The position numbers and the translations under genes were made by a program. Below, piece after piece: positions 26,036 to 40,065 of a stretch of 64,000 nt of DNA. Source of the DNA: Camelus ferus (lineage: Eukaryota); assembly GCF_009834535.1 (NCBI RefSeq), contig NC_045697.1, positions 8,620,001-8,684,000 of the forward strand, in the 5' to 3' direction. Position 1 is the stretch's first letter, and each line of letters opens with the position of its first letter. The notes below the pieces were generated by a model that was not told where the DNA came from, ran no database searches, and saw nothing but the letters and a program-made list of their open reading frames with translations.

Positions 26036-26139
26036 AGAGTCTCCTGTCTTCGCTGAGACGAAGTGGCTACTAAAACCATTTTCCTGGCAAAACCTTAAGT
26101 GTTTTTCGGGTTTTACTGTTCGCATGTGCTCCAAATCAA
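26036..26139 (-). CDS. RAB28: RAB28 coding exon (exon 5 equivalent, 104 bp)
   Basis: Acceptor ttctag|TT and donor TCT|gtaagt. Encodes [35 protein letters not shown], covering the end of G4 (NKxD) and the G5 SAK motif. Confidence 0.97.
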
Positions 26140-28494
26140 CTAGAAAGGGGAACAAAAACAGAGAACAAAATTCAACATTAGAGTCAATCAATATATTTTT
26201 TAACATATTTAGATTTGACCTATTTTCCAATACTGTACCACCGCTTAGATATTAGCTGTGTAATCTTGAGCAATTCTTTTTAGCCTCTTTATGCCTGTCT
26301 CTAAATCTAAAAACTGGGAATAACAAATACACCTATTATATAGAGTTCCTTGAGAATTAATCCATGCTTAGTGCACAATGGCCAGAACGTGATAAGCACT
26401 CAAAAATGAAAGCTATCGTTCTTGTTATCCGTATACTTCAGGCACACTGATGACACTCAAAACAGGTCTACTTAGTATAACGTGTTGACACACAGTGATT
26501 AATTGAAAAATGCACTTTCCCAAGCACGTTTGGTTTGAAACAGTTTAATTTAATAATTAGAACAGTTCTACAATCTCTATGAACTTTAATGTTACACAAA
26601 TACATTAGTACTTTTCTGCTAAAAAAAAAATCACCATTTCATTGTACATTTATTTTATTTACAGCCATGGTTTCATTTCACAAAGATACAGCTCATTTGC
26701 TTTTCAAAATTAAAAGTATCCATTTTGAAAGTAGTAATTGGCCAGGATATACTTCCTTGAATAGTTGTAGGTGCTTTAAAGCAAAGCACAGTACTCATGT
26801 CCAACACTGGTTTTATCCAGCACAGACTAATTTTTTAGTGATCCTTTATTGAACAGTTTCTCTTTTTACAACACTACAGACCCTATAAGGGTGTTGACTC
26901 AATGCCGTCAAATTATAAGGCAAATATATTCACAGGATTTAAGGACAACTAGGCTCTTTGAGTCAATATAGGAAAAAAAAACTTAAACTGATTTCCTGAG
27001 GAAGGGACCCAACTGACTTGTAAAAACTTGTAAATTTGCAAATCTAGTAAGCCTACATAATAGTGCCAATTGATTACCAACTAAAAAATGCTCTCATACT
27101 ACGTAAAAGGCTTTATTTAAAATTAGATTGAAGGTTTCTAGTTTGTAAGCTCAGGACATCCTTCTCTAGGAGATTTTTGATCTAGTGGGGGATTCCTGAG
27201 TCCCGTTTATATTGCTTAACTTGGATAATATGCAGCTTTTTTATTTTCTGGCCACAAGTTGCTGTTCCTTAAACATCACTGAGACCTTATTTACAAGAAG
27301 AGGCCAAAAAATGTCCAGATACCACAGGCATCAATTTGAGAAGACTAAAATACTAAGCTATTAGCACAGACATTTATACATCTAGTTTATCATAATATTG
27401 AAGTTAAAATACTTTCCTAATTCAACAAGAGTAGAACAAATCATGTCACTAGGAAAATTCCCCAATGAAATCCCTTTCCAATAAAAAAAAGAAAGTCTGT
27501 AATTCAACGAGTGGGTGCATTTGTCTTTTCTAATGAAATAGTCCATCATTGTTGTGTCTTTTCCTTCTTTTTTTTTCTTCTCTCCCTCTCCCCCACCCAC
27601 ACCCCACAACTCCTCACTACCACATAAGTTTATCTATATAGCAATGGGAGATTTACTATCCAAGCAAAAGTTTTTTCCTAGCAAAGGTAACTATGAGAGA
27701 CTAATACTATCACTGATCAATTGAAAAAAATTATTCAATAAACATTTATTGAGTACTTGTTATGTACCAAGCACTGTGGTAAGCTGTGAGAAGCCAAAGA
27801 TGAAAAAGTTCAATCCAGGTCCTAAAAAAGTCACCACCAGTACTATGAACATAAAAAGACGGTTAAGAATCATAAAAGTTATTTTAACTAACTGAGATTC
27901 TGACAAATGAGACAGAAGATACAAAAAAGGCCCTCACAGAAGGCCTTGACTACAAAGGCTTCCTCTACTGTGTTAGAATTCAGTGGGCAGCATTTAAGAG
28001 GACTCAAGTTGCTAGAGGACTTCATTCTAAATAATTCAGAAATGTAAATTTTGAAGATGAAGGTACAGTGACATACTAGTGAATTCTTTCTCTTCTTCTA
28101 TTCTTGAGAGTGTCCTTAAAATTACTGTCCAGTATTCATCTGATGGGCCTGAGGTAACAGTCTTCCTGCTGTGACTGAGTTTCCCTTAGTCCTTCAGTGA
28201 ACCACGTCGCTATGCTAGCTCTCGTATTGTATCTTGAAAACGGAATTAAAATCTCCTAATAGCAGTAATACACGATCACTTCCCAAATACTCAGAAAAAC
28301 AATTATGGAAATGATACAAGAAATGCCACTAACTAGAGACAACTACTGTTAACATTTTGGTGTTTATCCTTCCAATTATCTAAGCAACTGAAGGACAAAG
28401 GCATTAACATTGTAACATGCAATTTCTTTCAGCTCAATCATACTACAGCTTGCTTAAACATGTGCCTAACAATTTCAGTGGATGAACACTTTAT

Positions 28495-30010
28495 CAATCA
28501 TTCATTCATTTGTTCAACAAATCTGAGTGCCTACTATGGCCAGGCAGCGTCCTAGGTGCTACAGGTATAACAATGAGCTTACATTTTAATGAAGAGAAAG
28601 AGACCAACAAGTAAAGTATATAGTATGGCAAATGCTGATACACCTAATGCGGAAAACAAGGGGGTACGTGAGAGGAAGTGCTATTTAAATAGGCAGGTCA
28701 AAGACCTTATGAAGACTAAGGAGCAAGGAAACCTGGGGAGGAGCCTTCCAAGCAGAGGAAGCTACAGTGAAAGGCCCTAAAGGAAGAATACATTTAGCAG
28801 ATTCAGAGAAAAGCCAGGAGGCCAGGGTGGCTGAAAAGACTCAGAAAGAGAGGGAAACAGCAGGAAATGAGGCTTAAAAAGCCAGGAACCATATTACGCA
28901 GGGTGGGTAGGTCTCTGTAAGAAACGTGAGAAGAAACATGGGTGGTTGTGAGGAAAAAAAAGATGCAATCTGATCTACATTTTAAAAGGTTTTTTTGGAC
29001 TGCTTTGTTGAGAATAAATTACAGTCAAACGTAAAGCAGAGAAGCCACTGAGGAGGTTATAGTAAAAATTTAGGAAAGAGAAGATGGTAGTTTGGACAAG
29101 AGTGAGAGCAACAGAGATGATAAAAAGTGGGGCTGAGTCTCAATATGATTTTTGGAATAAAAAGTGAGTAAGAAATGCTAATAGATTTGACATGGGATGT
29201 AAAAGATATGGAGAAGTCACTTGAAGATAGTTAACCTGAATATTAAATGAGACAGTGTTTTGTAGGTTTTGTTCCAGTCATATTCAGCTGTATGAATGGA
29301 GGTGCTTCGTAGATAAACATTTGCATTTAAGTAGAGCTGTGGTTTTCCCAACCATGTACAATTACTAAAAAGAAAGGCAGGTAACTGAAGATAATAAATG
29401 CAAGGGAGTGATTATGTTGATGGAGCATGGAATCTAAGCTGGGTAAGGAGGGGGTTCAGGAAAATGAAAAATTGCTAAGATCAACTGATGTTAAGGTCTT
29501 GTGTGGTTTAAAAATTATTGGAGTTGGGTTACCAAAGGAAGTGAGCTAGAAGGACAAGAGATAATAGACTGTGGTGGATGAAATTGATATTGACGTCATG
29601 GACAGGGTACAGAAACTTATACTGACTAGGTCTTCAGAATAACTATGGTAAGTGTAGATGGGGGAGTCAAGATTGTTGCAGATGAGAAATTCAAGAAACT
29701 GACAGACCAAAGTATTAGAAGGATAATCTGTATGGATACTGAGATTACCAAGAATCATGAAAGCAATAGTGATGGAGTGACTGTGACCCAACAGTCAAAA
29801 TCTTCAAGAAACTCAAGGCAGTGATTCAAGGGTTGGTTGAAAACTCCAACAAATATAAGTAGCAGGAGGTATAATCATGCAGCTTGATATTCAAATCTAA
29901 GGATTTTTAGGAAAGATGAAGGAGAATGATCTGGAAAGAGCAATATGTAACAAGAAGGTCATCTACCTCACCTCCAGTACTAGTGATAAGGAGGGACCTC
30001 AACATCTGAA
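28495..30010 (-). mobile_element. L2 LINE fragments including the 3' end
   Basis: cattcattcatttgttcaacaaat...gagtgcctact is the antisense L2 3' terminus, followed by purine-rich L2 body. Confidence 0.8.
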
Positions 30011-30460
30011 ACAGCTTCAGGAGAAGGCAGTACTGTCCTTATGGGAGAGCCAAGTGACAGAAGTAGTGTAAAAACTTTTGTTCAAGGAAGATGTTGAGAA
30101 TATAAGAATTTTACTGATGTCTTATTTGTAAATTCATGAAGGCCCAATGGAAAGATCTCAGAAGTTACAGAAGGACAAAACTGGGGTCTGAAAAGCAGAT
30201 GACAGAGCCATATAGGATAAGAGTGCAGGAGATAAATCAACAACATCCATGGCAAAGGCTTTCCCAGGCAGCTGAAATAAATGAGTAAAAAGCATGAAGA
30301 TGAAAAAAATTCTAAGACTGCATTAGACAGACAAGAAATCCAAATTTTATACTGTCAAAACCAACTGTGCAAAAAAAAAAAAAAAGTCACTTGGCTTACT
30401 CAGCTTGACCTGGACATTAAAATGGAAAGAAAGAAAAAAAGTTACCAAGCTACCAAGTCT

Positions 30461-30613
30461 GGGGGGTGGGGTATAGCTCAGTGGTAGAGTGTGTGCTTAG
30501 CATGCAGAGGTCCTAAGTTCAATCCCCTGCACCTCCATTAAAAAAACAAATAAATCTAAATACCCCCCAAAAAAAAGATTAAAAAAAAAAGACAAAAACA
30601 AACAAATAAAAAA
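30461..30613 (+). mobile_element. vic-1-like tRNA-derived SINE (camelid)
   Basis: Reads ggggtatagctcagtggtagagtgtgtgcttagcatgcagaggtcctaagttcaatcccc...taaatctaaataccccc plus A-tail. Degenerate TSD aagctaccaagtct (30447-30460) / aagatactaagtct (30614-30627). Confidence 0.85.
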
Positions 30614-31391
30614 AAGATACTAAGTCTATCTGCCATGTTCTTAAAATCACATGGTACATGAAATAGAAGTCTAAGAGAATCCAATTAATTTTGGCTAACA
30701 AAAATAATTTTGATATAACTTGTAAAGTTGTTTGAAAGAGTAATATGTATAATTTTTAGTTTAATATATTTTAAAAATACAAATTACAGTATTTATATTT
30801 TATAATTTAGGTTTACAGCAAGAAAGAGATACTAACAAAAGCACATTTCAGGGCTTCCTGGAATATTAACAATCCAGTAAGAAGTAAATTTTTCTCAGAA
30901 ATATGACTAATAATTAAATTTTCCAGAATATTATGCCATCTTAAAGGCCTTTTATAATGTTTCACATAAACCTGTGAAAACATTATTCAATCTCAGTGTG
31001 CAAAGAGATGCAACTGAAAAAAAAAAAAAAATGGAGCACTGAGGTTTGCCTTTCAAAATATAAAAAAAAAGAGAGAGAATACCCAGTGCTGATGAGAGCT
31101 GGTACTACTGGCTTTCTGAAAAGCAATTCAGAAAATGTGTGTTGAGCTTTTCAAACATTTCTGCTTTATGACCACGTAACACAATTTGAGAGAGTTTATC
31201 TTGAGGAACACATTAGGGATGTATAATAAGAATTAAAAATTAAGATCTTCACCACAGAGTTATTGTTATATAAAAAATCATGGAAGCAAGATAAATGTCC
31301 CCAAACAGAAATACAGTTAAATTATAATACAACCACATAATACAATACTCTCTGACCATTCAAAATCATGAACTCGAAGACTATTAAGTGA

Positions 31392-32589
31392 GATCTTGGC
31401 AATGATTTTTGAGATTTCACACCGAAAGCAAAGGAAACTAAATCAAAAATGAACAGTGGGACCACATCAAATTAAAAAGCTTTCAAAAGGAAACTATCAA
31501 CAAAATGCAAAGGCGACCTACAGAACAGAAGAAAATATTTGCAAATCATATATCTGAAAAGGGATTAACATCAAAAAAACTCAAGAATTGTATGAAAATA
31601 ATTGTATGAAACAAACAATCCAATTAAAAACATGGGCAAAGGAAACGAAGACTGTTTTTTTTGAAAGAAGACATAAATGGCCTACAGGTACATGCAAAGA
31701 TGCTCACATCACTAATCATCAGGGAAACACAAATCAAAACCACAATGAGCTGTCATCTCATACCTGTTAGAATGACTATCATGAAAAAGACAAGAGATTC
31801 CAAATGTCAGTAAGGATGTGGGGAAAAGGGAACTCTTTTGCACTGCAGGTGGGAATGTTAATTGGTACAGTCACTATGGAAAACAGTATGAAGGTTCTTC
31901 AAAAACTTAAAAATAGAACTACCATGTGATCTAGCACTCTCACTTCTGGGTATATAACCAAAGGAAATAAAAACAGAATCTCAGTGAGATATCTGCACTC
32001 TCACATTTACTGCATCATTATTCATAATAGCCAAGACATAGAAACAACCTTGATGTCCATCAAAAAATATGGATACAAAAGATGTGATACATACATGTAT
32101 ATACAATGGAGTATTATTCAGCCATGAGAAAGAAGGAAATCCTTCCATTTGCAACAGCGTGCCTGAAACCTGAGGGCATTATGCTAAGTAGAAATAAGTC
32201 AGATAGAGAATGACAAGTGCTGTATGGTATCACTTACATACAGAATCTTAAAAAGCCAAATTCACAAAAACAGAGTAGAATGGTGATTATCAGGGGCTGA
32301 GGATTAGGGGAAGTGTGGAGATGTTAGTCACAGGGTATAAATTTCCAATTATAAGGCAAATATGTTCTGGGATTCTAATGTACACATTGTGATTATAGTT
32401 AACAATACTATACTACATATTTGAAAGTTGCTGAGAGTAAATCTTAAATGTTCTCACCACAAAAATGTTAATTATGTGAGGTGATGATGGTAGTAATCAC
32501 TGTGCAATATATAAGTGTATCAAACACACTGTACACCTTAAACTTATACCATGTTATATGTCAGTTATGTATCAGTAAAGCTGGGAAAA
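31392..32589 (+). mobile_element. 5'-truncated L1 (L1MA9/10-like) inserted in an older L1 relic
   Basis: TSD aagactattaagtga (31377-31391) / aagactatcaagtga (32590-32604). The 3' end reads cagtaaagctgggaaaa. Confidence 0.9.
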
Positions 32590-32789
32590 AAGACTATCAA
32601 GTGAAATACACAACAGCACAGGATGTTAAATAGTACAAAATTGCATACAATAAAACTCCTTTGTAAGCATAATATGTATGTATAAATGTGCATAAATAAA
32701 TGGCAAGAAAAATACACTTGTGTTTTTAAAATAAAATTTTTAAAAATTAAAATTGAGAAAAATAAAATTTTTAAATAACAGCTTTTGTT

Positions 32790-33205
32790 TTGAACTATCC
32801 TTTCAAGGATGTTTGTGTGGCAATCAACCTACATAGAGAAAAAGTGTCTCCCCCAGGGATAAGGTGTAAGTTTGTTTGTCTAGTATAATAAAATAGCACC
32901 TCCCTCCAGAGCAAAGTCCAGAGGCTTACCTGGAGCCCATTATAAAAGATTTAGGTTTCCTAAGCCCAGTACTCCTCAGCTGTGATGGAAACCACTGAAT
33001 ACAGATCACCTGTGTAGGTCCCCTCACACTGTCCTAGGAACCAACACAATCATGGAGCTCATCCTGCTTGCTATGCTAGGAGTAATAAATTCCTTTATCT
33101 CCGATTCCAGGAGCCTCATGCCTTCTGCCTGCATCCATGCGGTAGCAGGCTAACTTGTTAGCTTGTAAGTAGGGTAAAATCTAAGATCCTTCACTACTTT
33201 CAACA
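32790..33205 (+). mobile_element. ERVL-type LTR fragment (MER76-like)
   Basis: Internal aataaa and 3' end gcaggctaacttgttagcttgtaagtagggtaaaatct...aaca. Confidence 0.65.
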
Positions 33206-33264
33206 AAAAGAAGAGTAAAACAGATAAATAAAGAAAAGATGAGCCAACTAGATAGCTGTTCATC

Positions 33265-33611
33265 AACCTACACTACACTTCCCAGCTTGGAGTTCAGTTA
33301 GGTGTGGCCGTGAGGCTAACTTCTGATTAATGTAATGAAGAAATGATATGCATCACTGTTAGGCTTGACCCATAAAAGCCTTCCATGTGTGGTAGTCCTT
33401 ACTCTCCTTTTTCATGGTAATCCATGAAGCCATCTGTTGAAAATGGCAGTTCCAGAAAATGGAAGGATTTGGGGTTCTTGAAGGGAGATGCACCAGCACT
33501 GATAAGCATTATCTGGTTTTGGTCTTTAAGTAAGAAATTTCTATTGTGCAAAGATATTGAAACTTTAGGGACTGTCTGCTTATGGCATCCAGCATTACCT
33601 TAACTAATATA
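33265..33611 (+). mobile_element. MaLR LTR fragment (old MLT1)
   Basis: Contains actacacttcccagc...gttaggtgtggccgtga and ends cagcattaccttaactaatata. Confidence 0.65.
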
Positions 33612-33931
33612 TATACCTTAATGTAAAATAACATAGATTTACATCACTCTTGTTAACAATAAACCTCTCCTTGAGTATATATTGGGTATTGAGTTATTAA
33701 CTGATGATAACTTGAAGTTATAATTGGCAAGATAATAGAAATCTAAATGTTACAATTGTCTCTGAGATTCTGCATATGTAATATTCAATTATGTAGTCAA
33801 AAAGTACATTAAGCTTAATTATAAATTGAGAGTAGTCATTTGCATTTTTAGTAACTAGGGAAATATAAAAACAAATAAAACACAAACCATCGGAGAAATG
33901 TTCTTTCTTCTGCCATTAAATGGCTCAGTTA

Positions 33932-34588
33932 GGAAAACAGTATGGAGATTCCTCAGCTTACCATATGACCCAGGAATCCCACTCCTGGGCATATATCCAA
34001 AAGGAACCCTACTTCAGGAGGACACCTGCACCCCAATGTTCATAGCAGCACTATTTACAATAGCCAAGACATGGAAACAAGCCTAAATGTCCATCAGCAG
34101 GTGACTGGATAAAGAAGAAGTGGTATATTTATACAATGGAATACTACTCAGCCATAAAAACTGACAACATAACGCCATTTGCAGCAACATGGATGCTCCT
34201 GAAGAATGTCATTCTAAGTGAAGTAAGCCAGAAAGAGAAAGAAAAATACCATATGAGATTGCTCATATGTGGAATCTAAAAAACAAAGACAAAAACAAAA
34301 AAAGCATAAATACAAAACAGAAATAGACTCATAGACATAGAATACAGACTTGCAGTTGCCAAGGGGGCGGAGGGTGGGAAGGGATAGATGGGGTTTCAAA
34401 ATTGTAGAATAGATAAACAAGATTATACTGTATAGCACAGGGAAATATACATAAGATCTTATGGTAGCTCACAGAGAAAAAAATGTGACAGTGAGTGTGT
34501 ATATGTTCATGTATAGCTGAAAAATTGTGCTGAACACTGGAATTTGACACATTGTAAAATGATTATAAATCAATAAAAATGTTAAAAA
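33932..34588 (+). mobile_element. Young 5'-truncated L1 with perfect TSD
   Basis: Perfect 14-bp TSD aaatggctcagtta (33918-33931 and 34589-34602) and ORF2 C-terminal relic ([18 protein letters not shown]). Confidence 0.95.
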
Positions 34589-35311
34589 AAATGGCTCAGT
34601 TAATACACGGAAGTAGTATGGAAACAAAAATGCATTCTCCTTTGTCAATACACTTTGTGGGAAGATATGAGGAAAAGTGCCTGAACAATTACCAAGTCAT
34701 GACTAATCTTTTTTCAGCCATAGCCCCACTCTTAGATTATCTTAAAGCAAATCAAAACATATTACATATCATCTCATCCATAAATATTTTAGTATGCTAT
34801 ATTCTTAAAATATCTTATTTTGGTTTTATTGAGGTACAGAGTTTTGATTTAGAAGCAACAAATGAGAATTCTGAATCTACAGCTGTCACTTTCATCCTTC
34901 ACTTGGCCCTGCTGATTCCAATGGAACAATAACTCCCTACATTGATGTGATGGTTCAAAATTTATTTACTTTGATGACTTTCAGGATAAAGTGGCCTGTA
35001 TATTAGGATACAGAAACAGATTCTGGTAAGTAACAGAAAATAAATGGTGTTTAATAAACAATACACAATTCTGATAAAAACCACATTATGTCAAATATCA
35101 TCATAAAAAAACTATCATTTCAGCACATTTTTTCATATCCCAATAGATGGTCTTTGTTACTATTTCACTATCTAGAGTGGTAGATTATATACAAACACCA
35201 GTCTCATACAAGAAATAACTTTTCTGAACTTCTCAATTGTTTGCATTATAGTAAATGCAACAGAAACTACAGTTCTTCAGTAATTCATTGATTAATCTGG
35301 AAAGGAATTAG

Positions 35312-35560
35312 GACATGGTAGTAAAGAAGTCTCCAGAACCAAACTGCCTGGGTCTGATTCCTTGTTCTGCTACTATCTGTGGAATTGTGAGCAATTTCTC
35401 TTTGTCTCAGTTTTCCCATCTACAAAAGGGGGCAATAATAGTACTTTCCTCATAATGTTACTATAATAGGTAAAATAACTAAACACATAAAGCACACATA
35501 ACAATGACTGGTACATAGTATGTGACTGGCACAATAAGTATTAGCTAGTGTTATTGTGAT
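35312..35560 (+). mobile_element. MIR SINE
   Basis: Contains ctgcctgggtctgattcc, tctcagttttcccatctacaaaa and ctggtacatagta. Confidence 0.7.
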
Positions 35561-36497
35561 TTGTCTATTCATTCATTTATTCGTGAACTATTTACCCAGC
35601 ATCTCCTACGTGCTAATGGCTGGGAAGGTTGAGAGGAACACATATGGAAAGATACTACACAATGAAATTCTAAGACCAAGAGAACAACAGTAGTCATATA
35701 GTATATAAGACAACGTACAACAGGAGTAATAGAGAAAGGAAATTTCTAAAACTGCATAGGGGGACAGGAAAGATCTCACAGAGAAGATGATGCTTCAGCT
35801 AATTCCTGAAGGATAAGGAAAAATTAGTCAGACAACCTTGGGGGCAGAGAAGATGTACATTCCTTGCCAAAGGAATGTATGAAAAGCATCTGAAAGAATC
35901 TGGCTTCCAAGAGCTGGTGAAATCAGCAAGGCTGGCACATTAGAGTCTTGTATGGGATGCTAAGAAGTTCACATGCACATCGGTAACATCTATACTGCTA
36001 TGCATTTCACCTATCTTACTTCACACAGTCCAGCCCACCTGAGCAAAAATATAACCACAAAAAGGAAGTTCTTGTGGGTGACATATATAAGAAAACTTTC
36101 AACTTCTCCCTGCTGGATTCAAAGCATCTCCATTAACTACACAGTGACAACTTTTATTTCTAAATTCAGAGACTATTCAAAAGAAAATTACAAATGATTA
36201 AAAATGTTTCATTCCTACAGATTTCAGGACTATGACTTCTTTTTCTGTTCAGTTATCTTGTAAACTAGTAAGTTCCTTTACAAATTATAAACAATTGCCA
36301 TTATCTATATCATAACTTTAAAAATAGAAGATGGCAAGTTTTATAGTCACACACATGCAGCTGATTATTCTTTCTCCCAAAAGTAATTAGTCATTACAAC
36401 GCATGTTAATCAACCTAAAGATGATTCAGATTAACAGTGTAGTTACAAAAATCACAGGCTATCCAAAAAAAACTTCATGTACTTCTTTAAAAGAAGT

Positions 36498-36711
36498 GGA
36501 GGGTGGGAAGGGATAGACTGGGATTTCAAAATTGTAGAATAGACTACACTGTATAGCACAGGGAAATATACACAAAATGTTATGATAACTCACAGAGAAA
36601 AAAATGTGACAATGAGTGTGCATATGTCCATGAATAACTGAAAAATTGTGCTGAACACTGGAATTTGACACAACATTGTAAAATGATTATAAATCAATAA
36701 AAAATGTTAAA
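36498..36711 (+). mobile_element. Young L1 3'UTR tail with perfect TSD
   Basis: TSD aaaagaagt (36489-36497 and 36712-36720) at a TT/AAAA site. Same subfamily as the copies at 33932 and 40066. Confidence 0.92.
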
Positions 36712-36734
36712 AAAAGAAGTAAAACAATACCTTA

Positions 36735-37340
36735 AAATTCATTTATTAAACATACACACCTATTATGTGTCAAGTACTATGCTAAGCACAAGCAATAAAT
36801 GAGAGAACAAAGCAGACACTGTTACTCTCACATTAATGAGGAAGAAAGACTGATAAACAAGTAAATACATAAACAAGTCAGTGTAACAATTATAATCAGA
36901 AATTGCAGGAGGGGAGAGGTGTTGCTGAGCAGATAAAGAGTAACAGAGTGACAGGAAGCAAGATAGCAATTATGACAATTTTATATGGTAGCTATGAAAG
37001 ACCTCTTTCATCTGAGTCTGAAAGATGAGAATAAGCCAATCAAGCTAAGAGGAGGTTGGAGGAGAAAAATGTTTCAGTCACTGGAACAACCAGGACAAAA
37101 TCTGGATGAGCAAAATGACTGAGTACAACTGAGGAAAGCAGAGACGCATAATGAGCAAGACTGGGGACGTGCAGTCTAACGTGAGGCTATTACCCAAATA
37201 CAGAGATGCAAAAGCCAGTGGAGGGTTGTAAGCAATGGCACAATGTGGTCTTTGCATCTGAGAAAATTACTCTGGCTACTATGACGAGAAAGGAAACAGG
37301 CGGGCAAGACAGATGCAGAGAAACCACTTTAAGAGACTTC
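36735..37340 (-). mobile_element. L2 LINE 3' fragment
   Basis: Contains attcatttattaaacat...cctattatgtgtcaagtact and gaaaattactctggct. Confidence 0.7.
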
Positions 37341-40065
37341 TGAAGCAACCTAAAGCCTGTTTCAAAATTTACAAAACTTTGTGGCCCCATAACAATCTTG
37401 ACAAACAGGTAAAGCATTAATCTAATTTCACACACAGTGATTTAACCAAAGTCCCACTGCTAGCACCAGAATTAGAATCAAGCCATCTGGTGCCAGATTC
37501 AGTGTCTCACAAAGAAGGAACATCAGCTTTTGGAATGGTCATTTTAACGTCTTTTATTTAGAGTTTTAATTAAAAGAATAAAGACATACAAACTTCAAAA
37601 GCTCATTATTATAAAAAAGTGAACTATTATAAACCTGATTATTGCTTATTAGTACTTTAAGTATTCATACAATAAATCATAAAACCGAGCCCATCAGCAT
37701 TATAAAATAAGATACTCTTTGCCTAGCACTTGATTATATAAAGTTCTTTACAAAGTACTTGCAGCTGTACATACAAATTGTGAAATTACATAATGTTTAA
37801 AAATGATCCATCATGATTAGCCCACACATGACAAGTAAAATACCCTTAATAATTTATTAAATTTGATTTACATGTGCTTAAAATTATGTATATATTTTGA
37901 CTTCTAAAATACACACACTAATGCTAATAAGCCAAGTATATGACAACTTCTCTTTTTAAGTCTTACTTGTTTATAAGTCCTATTTGTTTACTGGCATTCA
38001 GGCATCCATATTCAGGATCTCCATTGTATCTACTTATATAGGATTGCTAATATAACAAACAGAATAGTTTTCAACGATAACAGCATCAGAGTAGTAAGTA
38101 GTTTAAAAACTATAAATCAAATGTATAATAATCAGAGCTATTGATCAAACTAAATAATATAAACTTTGAAGTAAAATTTTTAAATTCTGAAAAACATTAC
38201 AATAGTTTGTATTTTTTTTTATATTGGCCTAAAAGTTTACAATATTCTTATTTTCCTAAAACTTCATTTTTTAACATGCTGTAAGAACATGTTCTACAAT
38301 GAATATGACTTTTTTATTCAAACCAGAATGCATTACTTCATGTTTTTTAAAAAAGGGAAAGTATTGCACGATGCTAAATAATTATATTATTGTCTAATCC
38401 CCGTCAATGGAAAGAAATCACTAAAAGTATAAACTTTTTATGCATCTTAGTCCATATACAATGGCAGAAATAGATATTCTCTGTGACATTATTGTAAAAT
38501 ACGTCTCTGCCTAACTTAAAGAAGCAAAATACAAATATAGTACTCGTACAGATTTTCACAGTAATTTTTAGGTTATCAAGGAAACATCTAGAGTGTTGAT
38601 CTGGTTATACTCAATTCAAACAAACTACTTGTCACATTAACTACCTCCAGGAAGTTACTCCAAACACAAAATAAACTGTTTATGCCCCTACTCAGATAGA
38701 TAACATGACAGATTGTTATTAGTTGAAGACAGATGAAATACATTAATTTGATTGTGAGCATATGTTTAATTTTACCCCGCCATGTACACGCTCTAATGCT
38801 GTCTTTCTATGATGACACAGTAAATCACACTGTATTAGAAGAATTGCTAATGCAGGAAAATAAAACATTACCAGAACTTGACTTTGACTTTATAGATTCT
38901 TAAACCAAACTTCTTAAAAAACATAACTGCCTGAAAATCATGAGGTTCCACAAACATAAAGAAAAAGGTGTCATCAAAGAAACTACTTTAATTTCTAATA
39001 TAAATCTAAAAAACCTCAATGCAGTTTAACATTTTTCCTATATACTAGTTCATCTATTTGTGAAATGCCACGTCCTTCCTTTTCCCATTTTCTACTGTTT
39101 TTAGTGCGTATCTTACCAATGTGTATACCGTTTTCTACAATAAGAACATGTGCTACCTTTATTCCAACATTTGTTTCCCTCAGGTTAGGATTTTCCTTTT
39201 AAATACTTCATGATGCTTTAGAGACAATGAAATTAAGATTTTATGAAATAAAATACACTGAGAAAATAAGCTTATCATTTTTTAAGCTGCACTTATTTGG
39301 TTCTTTTGTCATATGCAGCTAAAAACAAAAACAAATAAAAAAGCACATAACAATAGCCACATGCAAAGTATTTGCCGAATAAATAAAAACATTTTTAGGC
39401 TCTTAAAAGAAATACAAAATATCAGCTGCATCTAACATCATATATTTTTCTTCATTTTTACAGGGAATACTATACTGTACTGAAGATTAATGAACTAGAG
39501 TCTCACACCACGTTAAGAATGAGTATCACAAACATGTTGAGCAAAAGAAGAAAGACAAAAAGGAATACACATAAAAAATAGCATTCATATCATAAAATTA
39601 CAAAATTAAACATTACTCAGTGAAGCACACACAGATGATGAAACCAAAATAGAAGACCAAGGAAAAAAGATCAGGACAGAGGATAGCAGTTAACTCTGAA
39701 GGTAGAGAGAGGATTGTTTAAGTCACTGGCTGGCCTCTGGGGTGCTTGGCAGTACTGTTTATTGACCCAAGAATAGCTATTCTTTAAATTATACATATAT
39801 TTTATATACTCTTCTGTATGTATATCTCACTATATTAAAAATTACTAGGAAAATTACAGCAATATAAGAGTCTTCAAACTGAATTTTTCATATGATCATA
39901 AAGAAGGGTAACTGTTGCAAAAACATTTTTTCACAATTTTCCCCAAGGACCTCTAATAGTCCCTTAATTATCAAATCACACTCCTTTGACCTATGTATAT
40001 ATGTCATGAATCTTGTGGATTTTCTCTTGAATTATTTGTTACCTGACTCCACCAGATCATTTGTC

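Noticed and set aside
25982..26230. 82-aa ORF as a standalone gene
   Set aside because: Only 26036-26139 is exonic; the rest is read-through into flanking introns.
30461..30540. tRNA-Ala-like gene
   Set aside because: The stems are degenerate, and the SINE-type tail, poly-A and TSD show it is a SINE, not a tRNA.
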